Numbered from the stretch's first letter, positions 13,088-28,519 are shown. The stretch: DNA of 64,000 nt from Octopus vulgaris (GCA_951406725.2 OX597835.1:34410001-34474000); one strand, 5' to 3'. Notes: generated by a model not told the origin, from the letters alone. Program-made: numbers and translations.

Positions 13088-13462
13088 TACTATATTATAT
13101 ATGTACCAAGTGGATGTGCTATAAAACTATTCCGCACATACAATAACAGCCATGCCAACTATCAAACATAGCCCCATCATCAGCTGCCCCACGAATATCA
13201 ATATGGTTTCGACACCTGAGCAGTACCGTTCAATCCTGCGGTGTTAACAGCTCTAAAATAAGTGTTGTTTGGGAACAAACATACCTTAGATATCACCACA
13301 TTCATTCAATCATAATTCTAGGACGGATTAAACACTGGCAGGGGATTTGGATAACAGTATCCTAGATATCGGGATACTGTTGTAAAAAACCGATGGGGTG
13401 GTAAAAATATGAGCAAAAAAAAGAGAACACCTTATAACATGTTTAATTTGCATTCATTTCAG

Positions 13463-13519
13463 AATGTCGACCTTGTGAAGAGGAAGAGCTTCATAAATTG
13501 TACTGCACCAGTGATTATA
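13463..13519 (+). CDS. METRNL: Meteorin-family protein, short 57-nt exon (CRPC...CTSD)
   Basis: cattcatttcag|AA TGT CGA CCT TGT GAA GAG GAA GAG CTT CAT AAA TTG TAC TGC ACC AGT GAT TAT A|gtaagt = (E)CRPCEEEELHKLYCTSDY(I), matching the meteorin CRPC...CTSDF segment. Phase 1/1 joins both neighbouring exons in frame. Not present in the ORF track. Confidence 0.93.
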
Positions 13520-13727
13520 GTAAGTACTTCTGAAAAGAGTTCATCATACTCCTCATGTGTGTATGGGTGTGTGTGTGTGTGTGTGAGTGAGCGTGTTCAA
13601 AAGATAATTAGGCCATCATCTCTGTGAAGCCCACTATATATGAGCAGAATTTTTCGTTTGATAATTTTGAAATACACACATACAGACACACACACACACA
13701 CATCCTATCCTTCTCTTACGATATATA

Positions 13728-13805
<78 letters not shown>

Positions 13806-13953
13806 ATACATGAATGAGTGTATACATACATACACACATACACATATATATATATATATATCTTTCCTTTCCTGAGCGCCTGCTAATGCATTACATGTAC
13901 CACGTCCTCGCGTTGTTGTTTCTTCTTGCTTGTTCTTTTTGGGAGGGATTTAC

Positions 13954-14023
<70 letters not shown>

Positions 14024-14254
14024 TGTGTGTGTGTATTGAAAAAATTAGAATTATGAGCTTTAACGGTAATTCGATTATAGAAAATAGTCAAATATCAGGA
14101 TATGTAAGTCCCCGTAATGGAAAAGATGGGCATTAGTACGCGTGGGAACCGATGTGTACCCTAATATTAGACTATTCTCTGTAACTAATTTGTGGCGAAG
14201 TTTCATAATTTCTATTTACAAAATTTCACCCGCCGCCGTTTCCTAATTCACACA

Positions 14255-14330
<76 letters not shown>

Positions 14331-14336
14331 TCTCTT

Positions 14337-14375
<39 letters not shown>

Positions 14376-14697
14376 CGTATGATTTTATTCTAGTTTAACT
14401 ACAGTTTGTAAGTCATTGCTGTGGAAAGAAATATATGTGTGAGAATGTGGCCTGTGCGGATATAATATAATGTTTATATTTGTTTTATTGTACAAAATAT
14501 ATATAAGCGCTCAGCATAGCTGTGTATCAGAAGTATGCAAACTGCTCTTTTACTTATTCTTTGGAAGCCTAGTACTTATTCTATCGGTCGCTTTTGCCGA
14601 ACCGCTAAGTTACGGGGACTAAACACACCAGCATCGGTTGTCAAGCGATGTTGGGGGGACAAACACAGACACACAAACACACACACACATATACATA

Positions 14698-14750
<53 letters not shown>

Positions 14751-15430
14751 ACGGGCTTCTTTCAGCTTCTGTCTACCAAATCCACTCACAAGACTTTGGT
14801 CGGCCCGAGGCTATAGTAGAAGATACTTGCCCAAGGTGCCACGCAGTGGGACTGAACCCGGAACCATGTGGTTGGTAAGCAGGCTACTTACCACACAGCC
14901 ACTCCTGCGCCTATATATAAATATTACTATATATAATTCTGCATAATCCTCACAGAGCGTGTGATATATGTCCGTATTCAATATCCATAACAGAATTTGT
15001 TATGTTTGTTTAATAAAGGCGCGTGACTTAATGATGAGGGTGTTGCACTGGCGATCGCATCATTGTGATTTCCATTCCCAGACTGGGTAGTGTATTGTGT
15101 TCTTGAAGAAGATGCTTCATGTCACATTGGTTCCACGTAAAAGCACCCAATGCCGATGCCATGTAGAAGCGATTGGTACGATGTCACGTTAAAGCACCCA
15201 GTACATTCTGTACAGGGATTGGCGGTGTTAGGAAGACCATCCAGCCGTGGAAAGCATGCCAAAACAGACTATTGGAACCCGAGCACTTCTTCAACTTGCA
15301 AGCTCCTGTCAAACCGACCAACCCATGGTAGCATGGGGAACGGACGTTAAAAGATGTTGATGATATGTGCGTGTGTGTGTGATACGTCGTCTGTTTTTTC
15401 GCTCTTAGCTTAGTTTTTCCTTGGGGCTGG

Positions 15431-15506
15431 CCAGATTGGAGCAATCTCAAGTATAATCAGCCGAAATTGCGAAGATAATCTGGAACTTGACTGAGGAAAG
15501 AAAACT
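15431..15506 (+). ncRNA. Non-circularly permuted hammerhead-like motif, family B, in the meteorin intron (sense)
   Basis: CCAGAUU gga GCA-AUC|UCAAGU..UCAGCC-GAAA-UUGC..AAUCUGG a ACUUGA-CUGAGGA. Stem III GCAA/UUGC, stem I UCAAGU/ACUUGA, outer helix CCAGAUU/AAUCUGG. Stem II partner is degenerate. Confidence 0.6.
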
Positions 15507-15616
15507 TCGACTGACCCGTCCTTGTTTTCTTTGTTTCGTCAATCTGGATGTTTCGTTGTCCCATTTTTGTATCACCTAACTGTCCGGATGTTTTGCGTTC
15601 TTGTCCCATTTTGTAT

Positions 15617-15674
<58 letters not shown>

Positions 15675-15985
15675 AATGAGAACATGGAGAAACAAATTCA
15701 TTTCGATCATCAACTTGCGGATGAAATTGTAATATCCGCAAGTTGATGATCGAAATGAATTTGTTCTCCATTTTTTCATTTGTATTATGAATTTACGGTA
15801 AAAATATTTTTACCTTCACCCATTCAATACAATAAATGAATTAATTGCTTTGCAATTAAAAGCATTTATGTATTTAGCATTTGGGTACTTTACCAGCAGT
15901 ATATTGGATAACTGATATCCCATAGTGGGTGACTTTCATAACCCCTATCTTACTTTGTACTATATATATATATAATGTATATGAG

Positions 15986-16045
<60 letters not shown>

Positions 16046-16133
16046 AGGTCATATATTTAATGTTTTTAAATCATTCGCTGTCTTCTTTGTATTCTAAGTT
16101 CTTTAATTTTGTTTTTTTTTTTCTTTTTCGCAG

Positions 16134-16429
16134 TTTTTCACGGCGTAATGGGACCCAAAACTACATCATCTGAAATTGAAATATATCTAACGAAATATAT
16201 ATTTGGAGATAGAAATGCCTTTCATCGTACTTCTAGAAAAGGACCCTTGAAAGCTATGCTTGTGGTCCCAGAAAAATGTAAAATCCAAAGAGGTTCTGGT
16301 GATTTTCTGTTTATTGCGAGAAAGCGATTGGACAAAGCACATTTAACTTGTGCGCCATATTTGAGTCACTGGAAAAAAATCAAGGAAAGAGCTCTTGAAA
16401 CTGGAGCAATGCAATGTGCTTACGATTGA
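16134..16429 (+). CDS. METRNL: Meteorin-family protein, terminal coding exon
   Basis: Long polypyrimidine tract plus cag acceptor. (I)FHGVMG...VVPEKCKIQRGSGDFLFIARKRLDKAHLTCAPYLSHW...MQCAYD* matches the meteorin C-terminus P-x-x-C-x4-G-x-G-x-FLF...CAP...C. Confidence 0.92.
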
Positions 16430-17712
16430 AAGATGAAGAAGGATTGATGAAAGAAATTTTGAAGAGCAGCTAATAACAAGAAAAACATCGTGGAACAAAA
16501 GAAAAGAAAGGAAGATTTTTTTTTTTAATTCCTTCGTGAGTTTCTTCTATGCCTCTCTAGGTCAATGAAGCAGAATTTTGCCGATTATTGGTGGAAAGAA
16601 CCGAAATTCAATGCATTTTTACACCCGATTCCATTCACGAATCATTTTTTGGTTCATCTGTGATCGCTTATTTCGTTCTTCCACAACGAAATGGATGCAA
16701 GATTAAGACAAAAATAGTAAGAAGTGATCAAAGATCGACCTGTAGTGAGGTGTTTAGTTCGTGGAATGAACTGCAAAATTGAAAGTCTAAATATCTACAG
16801 AGTTTGGCAAAATAACTTTTTATATTGACAAGAAACTTTCTAGCCTATGAGTCAGTAAGTGCCATGTGTGTGAATTTTGACAACCGTATCCTACTAACTG
16901 ATAAATTGGCGTTTTGACTAATGACAGATGACAGATGACAGATGATTGACTGCACAGACATTGGCACAGGTTTATGTATTGTTCATGACAGATTACGAAT
17001 CACGTGAGATATTTGTTGCAAACTTGATAGATCGAGAGTGAATCTGAAAGCCCACACAAAACGGACATTTTAATCCAAGTCATGTTATATAATTTGTTCA
17101 TATATGTACGCATGTATTTGTGTATGCGTTTGTGTGTGTGTGTGTGTGTACATGCGATATAGGTTGACAATCTAGCTCAGTATGGTCAAACAAATCTCTG
17201 ATTAACTTACTGTTAAACAAATCCCTGATTTGCTTACCGTGTGTTCACGTAATTTGTTCGAAAGAGATGAAACCTCTCACTCGTTGTGTTATACTTATAT
17301 GTTTCGGACACTAAACTACACTTAAATTAAAAGCTCGGATATAAAATATAGCAACAGAGGACCAAACGTCATAATACTCAGCGTTGAGTGATTACAAATA
17401 TTACATAATCAAAATATCGAGATGACCAAATCGAATGATTACCAATTGAATTCCAGCTCAAAGACAAAACAACAAAACATTGCCAACGTGGGTCTACAAC
17501 CTGCAACTTTTTAATCATTTGTTTTTTTTTTTACTGTATTTTTCAATTAGTTTTTACTATATATTTGTTTATTTTTGTTTTCATTCTCTTTATACTTTTT
17601 TCTAAAACAGTATGTCACACACATACACACACAATTATGAATTTTTTTTCTTCCGATCTCCACACACTACTATATATATATATATACATACATACATACA
17701 TACATACATACA

Positions 17713-17770
<58 letters not shown>

Positions 17771-17830
17771 CATATATTTATGTATATATATATATATATG
17801 TATATATATATACATATATTTATGTATATA

Positions 17831-17861
<31 letters not shown>

Positions 17862-18601
17862 TAGCATTAAGAAGGGCATCCAGCCGTAGAAACCATACCA
17901 AGTCAGAGTGAAGTGTGATGCAGCCCCTCAAGCTTGCCAGCCCTGGTCAAACCGTCCAACCCATGTCAGCATGGACAACGGACGTTAAATGATAATGATG
18001 ATACATATATATATGTATGTATATATATACGCACACACACACACATTTGATATATATATATATACACACCCACACATACATGTTTATATTATGTATGTGT
18101 GCATACATAGCATATCTCCGAAAAAATCGTCGTTTAATGTACATAATGTATATAAGATACACACATACATTAAAAATTATGTATATAGTGTGCGTGCGTG
18201 TATGTGTGTGCGTCTATATGTGTGTATATATGTGAATGCGCGCGCGTGTGTGTGTGTGTGTGTATTGTATTGTATATATGTATCATAATTATAGACATAT
18301 CTATACTGCATTCATATCATTTGAGGGACCAACCAAAAAATTTTCTTTTTAAAAATGGAGGCATTTTGTGTTTAATACTTTCAGAACATTATTTGTGATA
18401 ATTTCTGCCATCGAGCTTTCTCCCTAGTGGTTTTATCTTTTTCTTTTCTTTTCTCTATTATTATTATTTTTTTTTTTTTTTGTATTTTTGTATTTTTATC
18501 TTTGTACTTTAAATTGAAAAAAGATCAGAGACTAATTTTACTATCACCAGACTAGGAAATGACGAGTCAGCCCAGCAAAAATAGAAGTACACCAAATATA
18601 T

Positions 18602-18918
18602 TTAACCCTTGGGTATTTAAACAGGCCCGAATAGTCAACATGTCTCACGTTTGGAACGGCCAGATCCAGCCTCTCACACCAACGCTACAATATCATTGTA
18701 GAAATAAACGATCACATCGTGGAAATCAAGGCTGTATCCAACCCAAATATTCTACCTGTTTTATATTTGAACGGGTCAGAACCCGATTATTTCATCGTAA
18801 AAATAAACAATAACATCATCGAAATCTCGAAGCTACGAGATAACATCTGATTAATTCGAAACAATGTGAATAAATAAGCATTACATTTTACGGAGTAATC
18901 TGAATGTTAAAGGATTTA
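18602..18918. mobile_element. Decayed piggyBac-type MITE
   Basis: TTAACCCTT...TATT left end and AATGTTAAAGGATTTA right end (degenerate TIR/TTAA). Non-coding. Confidence 0.45.
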
Positions 18919-19729
18919 GAGTCCTGTGAATATTTTGTATTCAAAACTTGCTGGGTACAAATGACTCTGCTTTTGCTCCTCTTGGAATTGATAAAATTAG
19001 TACCTGATACATTTGTGGTCGAATTAATCGGCTTTTTACAACTTCCTGTTGTATTTGTACCAAACAAGTATGACTTATATCGACATCAACAGGAAGTGAT
19101 AATTTTTATTCCATTTCAGGACCAACATTTTATTTTTCTGTGTATGTGTTTAAGGGGCAAGGGAAAAAAGGGGAAATTTAATAAAAAAATAAATAAATAA
19201 ATAAAATAACAAAGACTATTTTCAAAGTCAGCATACTGAAAAATTCTTTTAATATCATTTTTAATGGAAATGGGTTCGCCAATTTTTTAGGGTCCACCTG
19301 AAGTTTCTTTGCTCATCTTTTGGGAACAATTATTTACCGTTAATTCTTTAGAATGACTGAATTCTTAATGAATTTTATCAATCATTTTTTTTTTCTTTTC
19401 TTTTTTTGTCTGAGTCAGACCAATATTATATTATTGTCCAACAACCGGTGCTGTTGTGATGATGATGATGACGATGATGATGGTGATGGTGACGATTATC
19501 ATGATGAGTAAGTAATAGGAGGAGGAAGATGAGGGGAAATAAGTAAATATTGGACCAACGGTCGAAAAAAAAACAAATATAGTCTCTAAGAATGAAAGAA
19601 AATCTAAAGTCGATTAGAAATGTCGATTGGAATGCATTTGTACATGTGTGTGTGCGCGCGCGTATGTTCTGCGTGCGCACGTTTACACGTGTGTGTTATC
19701 GATAATTGTGTATATGTGCACTCAATTAC

Positions 19730-19770
<41 letters not shown>

Positions 19771-19773
<3 letters not shown>

Positions 19774-20268
19774 GGTCCCGGGTTGAGTCGGGGTTAACCA
19801 CAGTAAATAAGGTACTCAATACATTGCAGAGTAAATTAATTTATTTTATAGAAGGAGCTTCTACAGGACTAGTACTGTTTCATTCAAATGAAATCATCAG
19901 GAAGTTGGCTGTCAAAATAAGGTTTGGTATTTATACATTTAGGCAGATTTAGTAGGGTGGGGGGACGTTTTTTGGGTAAGCAGGGCACATACTTTCGTTC
20001 TTATGGGAGTGGTCAAAAGAATCAGTGATAAAGTAAATAAATGAATAAATAAATAGAATAATTGAATAGAGTTTTAGGTAAATTAGAAGACTATTGCTTT
20101 TAGTCAGTGTGTTGTTGTTGTTATTAAGTTGAGGGAAGAAGTAGATAAATGAAAAAACATATAAAATAAGTATACATACAAACCCTCATATCCATATATA
20201 TACATATACATATGCCCATGTATATACATACAGACACACACATACTTACATACACGTAAATACACAAG

Positions 20269-20332
<64 letters not shown>

Positions 20333-20482
20333 TACATATATACATACATATATATACCACCACCCACTAAATCTGCCTAAATGTATAAATACCAAACCTT
20401 ATTTTGACAGCCAGCTTCCTGATGATTTCATTTGAATGAAACAGTACTAGTCCTGTAGAAGCTCCTTCTATAAAATAAAATA
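19771..20482. mobile_element. Non-autonomous PLE-like element with ~115-bp inverted repeat; same family at 37868-38055
   Basis: ~19841-19953 is the reverse complement of ~20366-20480 and contains CUGAUGA-UUUC..GAAU-GAAA-CAGUACUA-GUC. 37868-37977 is a shorter fold-back of the same sequence. Confidence 0.65.
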
Positions 20483-20507
20483 ATATATATATATATATAT
20501 ATATATG

Positions 20508-20906
20508 GATCTTTTCGGTTTGAATGGCAGCTTTTTCTAGCGGTGTCATATGAAGTTGTCACCCATAATTATGACCCCAGTATCGATCTATTGCATTTCA
20601 ATCTGTTTTAGGGTTAGGGTAGGGGAAGGATATCTTTTTTTTTTCTTCAGAAATGTAAATAAGCCCAATCTGTTTCTTAAACGAGGGACATATTCATACG
20701 GCATAGAATGTTTTCACTTCAATAGACGTCATTGATTGGTTGAAATTGCAGAAATTGAAGAAAAAAAACAAAATATCTTACAAACTATAGAATTTTGTCA
20801 ATAAAGCCAAGATGAAAAGATGTTTTATAAACACATTCTACCAGTATACAAAGTTTAAAAGTGTTTAGTGACGTGGAAATTATTTTAAAAAACTGCCGTT
20901 CAAACC

Positions 20907-20910
<4 letters not shown>
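20508..20910. mobile_element. MITE with TIR TTCGGTTTGAAYGGCAGYTTTT in (TA)n
   Basis: Left GGATCTTTTCGGTTTGAATGGCAGCTTTT and right AAAACTGCCGTTCAAACCGAA. Confidence 0.6.
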
Positions 20911-20949
<39 letters not shown>

Positions 20950-22307
20950 TGTGTGTGTGTATGTGAAACAATGTCACGGACTTATTTGTAAGACATTTTA
21001 GCGCAGACGTTTTGGTGTTGTCTCGTTTATCTCGGTCTCTCTACCACCTTTCTCTCTCTCTCTCTCTCTCAATATATATATATATATATATATATTTGTA
21101 TGAGCATACTCTCTATGTCTGTGAAGAACGTGTTTGTGACAAATCGTGTTCAATGAATATATTCTAATCTCTCTCTCCTCTTCTCTCTTTCTGTCTCTCT
21201 TACTCTTTCTATCTTTATGTTCATATTTCTATATACTCGCGTGCATGAGTGTGTGTGTGTGTGCGTATTTGCTTCCAGTGTCAAAACCTATTATCACCAA
21301 AACAGGCTGAATGTCAAGTTAGCCATGCCAAATAATCAGCGTCCAAACAGCTGCGCCCAATCCTCCCACTCCATTTATGAATAGCTGCCTGAAAATTATT
21401 CCTTGAATTTGTGGTGGTCGTCCTTGTTGTTTCCAGTCTTCCCCACATTCCATTTTTTTTCTGGAAACATCCTGAAGTTTTTAGAGATGAAGCTAGTATT
21501 AAGAGACATTTGCTTAGAAATAGTAACACAAGATAGGGGAAACCCAATTTAACAACTTGTATGGTTGGTCTGATCACACCTGTGAACGTATGCCTATCTA
21601 TGTGTAGAACTATGTCTGTATATATTTATGTGTGTAACTGTCTACTGTGTATTTGTTTGTTTACGTGTATAACTATCTGCGTCTATCCGTCAATATGTAT
21701 AACAGTCTGTATGTATCTGTCTTATGTATACCTGTGTATGTGTGCATCTACTTGCATATCTGTCTGCGTGTGTCTATGTGTATAGGTGTGGTTGTGTGGT
21801 AAGAACGGAGATCAGTCATACTGTGTGGAACCTTCGGCAAATGTCTTCTACTATAGCCTCGAGTCGACCAAAGCCTTGTCCTCTCCCTCAACTGCTTCTC
21901 ATTCTTGGAGCAGTTTTACCAAGTCTCGGGAGTGGCCAAGGGAACGACGATGGGCCATAACTATGCGAACCTGCTCGTTGGCTCGTTATATCGATGACTG
22001 TATCGGGGCGCGACCACACTCTCCCGCGAACAACTAGACTCCTTCCTCTCACCTATCACCTCACATACCACACTACCCTACCCCTCCACCTCGCACGTCT
22101 TCCCTAACCTACCCCTTCCCTCCTTTAAACGAGCCTATAAACCTGCGTGACCTCCTGCTCCACAGTTTAAATATGTGACCGCGTGTGTATCGTTGGCGAT
22201 TTTCTTTCTCCGTCTTCCCTTCTTTGGACCTTTCCTTTTTTTCTGTTTCTGACAAAGAGCTCCGCTCGAAACGTTAAATCCTCCTTCTTTCTTTCCTTTC
22301 CTGAACG

Positions 22308-22345
<38 letters not shown>

Positions 22346-23649
22346 ATCTGTGTATGATTGTGTGTATGTATAACCATAATTGTCTATGTGTATAACAGTC
22401 TGTGTGTATCAGTCTTTATATATTACTCTCTATGTGTATATGTCTTGTGTATTCTGTGCATGTATATATTATGTATGTATGTATGTATGTATGTATGTAT
22501 GTATGTGTCAATAGACACAGGGATTGATCATTCGGGTTGATGTAGTCGACTTGCCCACCTCCTCTAAAATTGTTGGTTTTGTGGCCAAATTAGACACAAT
22601 CATTATTTTCCTTAAGGCAGTGAGCTGGCAGAACCGTTAGCACGCCGGGCAAATTGCTTAATTGCATTTCGTCCGTCGTTACGTTGTGTTCAAATTCCGC
22701 CGAGGTTCACTTTGCCTTTCTTCTTTTCAGGGTCAATAAAATAATGCCAATTGAGTACTGGGGTCCGTGTGATCGACTTATTTCCTCCCCACAACATTTC
22801 AGGCCTTGTGACTATAATAGAAAGGATTATTATTATTATTATTATTACTATTATTATTATCTGGTGTAGTTGGTTCCTATTTTATTCTTCTTGTAGAACG
22901 TATGGAGACTGGGAAAGGTCTTTTGTTTAACTTCCTTTTTTTTTTTAATGCTGAAATACCTTAATAGGGCTGTAAATATTAAATTATATATTTATAAAAA
23001 AAAAACTCTTTGTCAAATCATTGGTCGTTAAATGTTTTTCTTTGTCATTTTTGTAAAGAAATACAAAGAAAATAGACAAAATTGTAACAGTATTTTGTAA
23101 AATCAACATAAATTGAAACAATTTAAGTTGCCAAAAATAAAATAAACAAATAAAAATGAATACAATGTACTTCTGTGTCTTGTTTTTACTTTTCGATCTG
23201 TTGTATTGTAAATGACGCTTCAAGTTAGGAAACTTTCGACATAAACACATACAACAGGCATAAACACATACAAAAAGACTACGTCGCTTCCTCATCTATT
23301 ATATAAAATCCGTTCTGTCTGTCTGTGTGTGTGTGTCTTCTCGGATCTCGGGCATCCTCCATCCGATTGCGCTCAAATTTGATATGTAGATACCGACGGT
23401 ATCAGGGCTATAATTTGAGGAGTACGACTTTCCATACCTCGTTTGTGAAAAGACCCCAGTTGCAGCTCTGGATCAAGCAAAGACCACAACTGAGTGTCTG
23501 ATACTTGGAACAATGCCAGGTGCCTAGTCCTCTATCAATCGAACAATGCGGCCGGTGAACCTTCCATAATAACAGTTGACAGAACACTGGTGATGAGGAA
23601 GAGGGATGAGATTCTTGAGGAAACACTGTACGTCAACGACAAGGGAACC

Positions 23650-24150
23650 CAAGTCTTTGTTTATCTATTTCGTGTACGGTTTCAATCCATCTATACGTAG
23701 CAGATGGTTTATCTTCAGCCTGGTTTTAACGAGCTCATAAATATAGAATTTCTTACTATGCTTATCAGAGGAACTAACGCAATCACAAAAAGCAACAAAG
23801 AACGCGAGTCTCCTTAAAATATTCCCCTCCGTATTTTCACACATACTAATGTTTCATTTACTCCTATTACTTCTACTTCCTATGATTTCATACCCGCCTT
23901 TTTTTTTTCCCCTAAATAGTTGTTAACCTTTTCATTGACCCCAAGTATTCTCAGGCACCCTAAAAGCCGACTTCGATTTTCGGTAGGTTCTCGCACGCTT
24001 TCTTGAAATCTATTCAACCAACAGTTTATCTTTCTTACTCGTACCTCACTGAAAATCCTGCTCCATTACACAACACATCAACAGCCCCCCTCTTATTTCT
24101 TTTCTGCATTCCCTTTATTCTTCTGCTAATAGATACACCTTCACCAGTGT
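23650..24150 (-). pseudogene. Decayed reverse transcriptase fragment of an RLE-clade (R4/NeSL-like) LINE
   Basis: Minus strand VKIRRGIF*GDSRSLLLFVIALVPL...KINHLL matches the RGIFQGDSLSPLLF and INHLLYMDD motifs. Contains stops and frameshifts. Confidence 0.72.
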
Positions 24151-24851
24151 CCTTTCTTGTCTGACTCATGCTGGTGTTCATTTTCCATACGAGCAAAAGA
24201 ATTAAACGGTGCTATTTAGCTGTGTCCACTTGTGAGATTTAAAACCGAGAATCCAAAAACACCACCGGGTCCAGAAGCTTTCCAATTTGGTACCTTTTAA
24301 AGTACGTTTTCCCCTTTTATTCTGTAATACTTACATTTTCTTGTCTTTACTTATTTTCCATTTCACCTTTACATTTTCTTAACTAGTCTGCTTCCCTGTT
24401 ATGTTGAACCTCATTGCTTCAGAATTGAACCTCATTGCTTCAAAGTTGAACGTCATTGCTCCAAAGCTGCTCTCATTTAAACTTTTGAAATAAGCCTGTT
24501 TGCCTCCTTTGTAACATCCTGTCCTTCCATGAATTCAGATTTGTTTTTAAACTTTACTTTTATTTCTTTCTGATGATTCATGTCCGTTTCTGCTATTCCT
24601 GGTTCACTTTCCATTTCTATGTAGCCTTGTTCTTCATCTTTTTTTCTTCTTTTTATCTTTTTGCTTAGTTTAGTCATTAGGCTGCGCTCATGCTGAAATA
24701 TCGCATTGAGGGGTTTTAGCTGAACCAATCGACCCCAGGACTTATTTTTAAAACCTAGTACTTATTCTATCGGCTTCTTTTGCCGAAACGCCTAAGTTAC
24801 AGCAACACTGGTTGTCCAGCGGTGCCGGAGAACACACACACACACACACAC

Positions 24852-25580
<729 letters not shown>

Positions 25581-25869
25581 ATTGTAGATAGATGAAGTTG
25601 ATCTAACTTGTGCTGTCGAGTGATTTTATTCAGGAATAAAAACGTATGAGAGTCCTGCACAGGGATATAGTTTAGGTAAATAAACAGTACTTGCACTAAA
25701 GCGGTTGACGTAAATATATGCTGACCTCAATCGGCGCGATTACCCTTGCCGCACGCACAAGCAACCGAATGAGTCACCGCCATAAACTGATTAAAGCGGT
25801 TGATGTAAATGTACGCCGAAACATTGTCGTACGTAATTGCTGATCTCAGCCGAGATGATTACCGTCATC

Positions 25870-26330
25870 AAGGCGGCGAGCTGGCAGAATCGTTAGCACG
25901 CCGGGCGAAAATAAGGCGGCGAGCTGGCAGAATCGTTAGCACGCCGGGCGAAGTGCTTAGCGGTATTTCGTCTGCCGCTACGTTCTGAGTTCAAATTCCG
26001 CCGAGGTCGACTTTGCCTTTCATCGTTTCGGGGTCGATTAGATAAGTACAGGTTACGCACTGGGGTCGATGTAATCGACTTAATTCGTTTGTCTGTCCTT
26101 GTTTGTCCCCTCTATGTTTAGCCCCTTGTGCGTAGTAAAGAAATAGGTATTTCATCTGCCGTTACGTTCTGAGTTCAAATTCGGCCGAGGTCGACTTTGC
26201 CTTTCATCCGTTCGGGGTCGATAAATTAAGTACCAGTTACGCACTGGGGTCGATATAATCGACTTAATCCGTTTGTCTGTCCTTGTTTGTCCTATCTGTG
26301 TTTAGCCCCTTGTGGGCAATAAAGAAATAA
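25870..26330 (+). mobile_element. SINE family 2 multimer
   Basis: Same unit as 9910-10500, with a duplicated 5' head. Confidence 0.82.
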
Positions 26331-27099
26331 AAAAAAGAAATATGAGATGATTACCGTCAATGCAACCTAGTTAGAATTTTCTTCAGGTTGGGTAACCCAT
26401 CCCGCTCAACAGGTCCCTGAATAAGGATTGTTTAAGGATGTTGAAAGAACCACCCATGTTTCCAGAGGTGAATTATTCAAACCCCAAAGAATCCCTCTCA
26501 ACACATGGCTATGATGCTCCCCCCACTACTTCTGCTCGTGATCAGAGATGCACATATCGTCAGCCACTAAGGGACATGCTCAACTGGTTAAGATCAAACA
26601 ACTGACAAGCAAATCTGTGGTATTAAGCAGAATATTTGCTGTAGCTCATCTCTTATCATAAAAGACAGATTTTATCTGCCTCCCTTTGTCAGTTATAGAA
26701 ATCTACAATATAGGATTTCTTCAATTACAATTTACCTAGCATTTTTAAGAGTAGAATGCATCGGGTTTTGCCAGGTCCAGTTTTTAAAATTTAAACTCCA
26801 ATTAAGCAAAATTTACAGAAAACTCACATTCTGGTGTGTATGTCAAATGCTTTTCTTAGTCTGGTTTACAGCACACGCAAACGCACACACACAGTGTGCA
26901 ACGAATAAAGTGAAACTAGATGTAATATTTGTTTCTGTCTATCACGCTGATAGATACATGAGTAAAATGTATGGCAAGCTAACAGATAAGAGTGAGTGAA
27001 AATGTTCTTGGAAGAGAGTAAATAGCGAGAGTGATTTGAGGAAGACTAAACTGAAAGTATGAAACAGTGTTTATGTATAAACAGACGACACTTATATAA

Positions 27100-27415
27100 A
27101 CCCTTTCGTTACCAAACCGCCCGAATTTACCTATTCATATTTAAATGAGAATATCAGAGTAAATCTCTTTAGTACATTCGTGAAAACACGTATTATACTT
27201 CGTAAACACTTCAAATACAGTTTTGTACAAAAATCGAAGTGTAATTTTAATTCCGTGAATTATGGGAGATTTTTTTCCGAAATTTGTTCCTATTGTGTTT
27301 TCAAAATTTGTAATTCTGACAAAAAATGGATACGAATTTCATTATATCAAGCAGCGAGTCAGAATTCGAAGGATTTTTTACTGAAGACCTTCATAAATCT
27401 AACTCTATGACTGAA
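27100..27415 (+). mobile_element. piggyBac-like left end
   Basis: Begins CCCTTTCGTTACC after an A/T-rich site and is followed by the acidic N-terminal peptide SSSESEFEGFFTED. Confidence 0.45.
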
Positions 27416-27426
27416 AAAAAAAAGCA

Positions 27427-27821
27427 TCTTTATATAAGAGTGAAGTTGTGTGTCTGTCTCCTACGATTTAGATTCGTAACTACTCCCACATTTTGCGGTG
27501 CAGTTTAACCAAAAGCGGGTATCTTATAGTCGTGATTCATATCGAGCCCTTCTGGGTATTAGCGCGCGTCTACGATGAGTCTACGATTTTTAAAAAATTT
27601 ACCATCATATTTTTCCATTTTAATGCATTTTTTCGCTTTTATATAAGGGAAGTAACTCTCTAAAAATATCTACGATGTGTCAACGATTTAAAAAAAAATT
27701 TACCTTAATTTTTTTTCAATTTTTAATGCATTTTTTTGCTATTTTTTGGCTATAACTCTCTAAAAATGCTTATATAGTTATTTCCCTTACAAATCCGAGC
27801 AACGCCGGGCGATACTGCTAG
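27427..27821 (+). mobile_element. Non-autonomous Helitron
   Basis: A|TC...subterminal hairpin TCCGAGCAACGCCGGG...CTAG|T with no TSD. A similar 5' end starts at 23295. Confidence 0.72.
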
Positions 27822-27909
27822 TCTTTTATAAAAAGACAAATCAACGTACACGATAGCACTTCCAATCAGTTCATTATTATTATCATTATTTATATTATTA
27901 TTATTATTA

Positions 27910-28465
27910 TTGAGTGAGAGAGCAGTTCATGCCATCAAAGTGACACTGGGGTAAAATATACGAAGCCCAATATACCCATCATGACTACCCGTCTGATAAA
28001 GGCACACCAGGCACATGCATCACAACCATATGTGCGCGACATGGTGATCTCATATCAAGATAAACAGCACATGACCTTGCAGGTGGGGCCCAGTTAAAAT
28101 TTTCTTCAGGTTGAGTAGCCCATCCCGCTCAAACGGTCCCTGAATAAGGGTTGTTTAAGGATGTTGAAAGAACCACCCATGTTTCCAGAGGTGAATTATT
28201 CAAACCCCAAAGAATCCCTCTCAACACATGGCTATGATGCTACCCCACTACTTCTGCTCGTGATCAGAGATGCACATATCGTCAGCCACTAAGGGACATG
28301 CTCAACTGGTTAAGGTCAAACAACTGACAAGCAAATCTGTGGTATTGAGCAGAATATTTGCTGTAGCCCATCTTTTATACCAAGACAAAACAATGTACAT
28401 GATAACACTTCCAATCAGTTAAGATCAGAAGCCATGAGAGCCACTGCCTGGTACTGCATCAGGGC

Positions 28466-28468
<3 letters not shown>
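27910..28468. mobile_element. ~560-bp non-coding repeat that occurs in (ATT)n tracts
   Basis: Near-identical copies at ~47192-47750 and ~40920-41445, and partial copies at ~41542-41780, ~45661-45910 and ~26370-26660. Copies that keep the GAGTGAG end abut (ATT)n. Confidence 0.8.
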
Positions 28469-28519
<51 letters not shown>

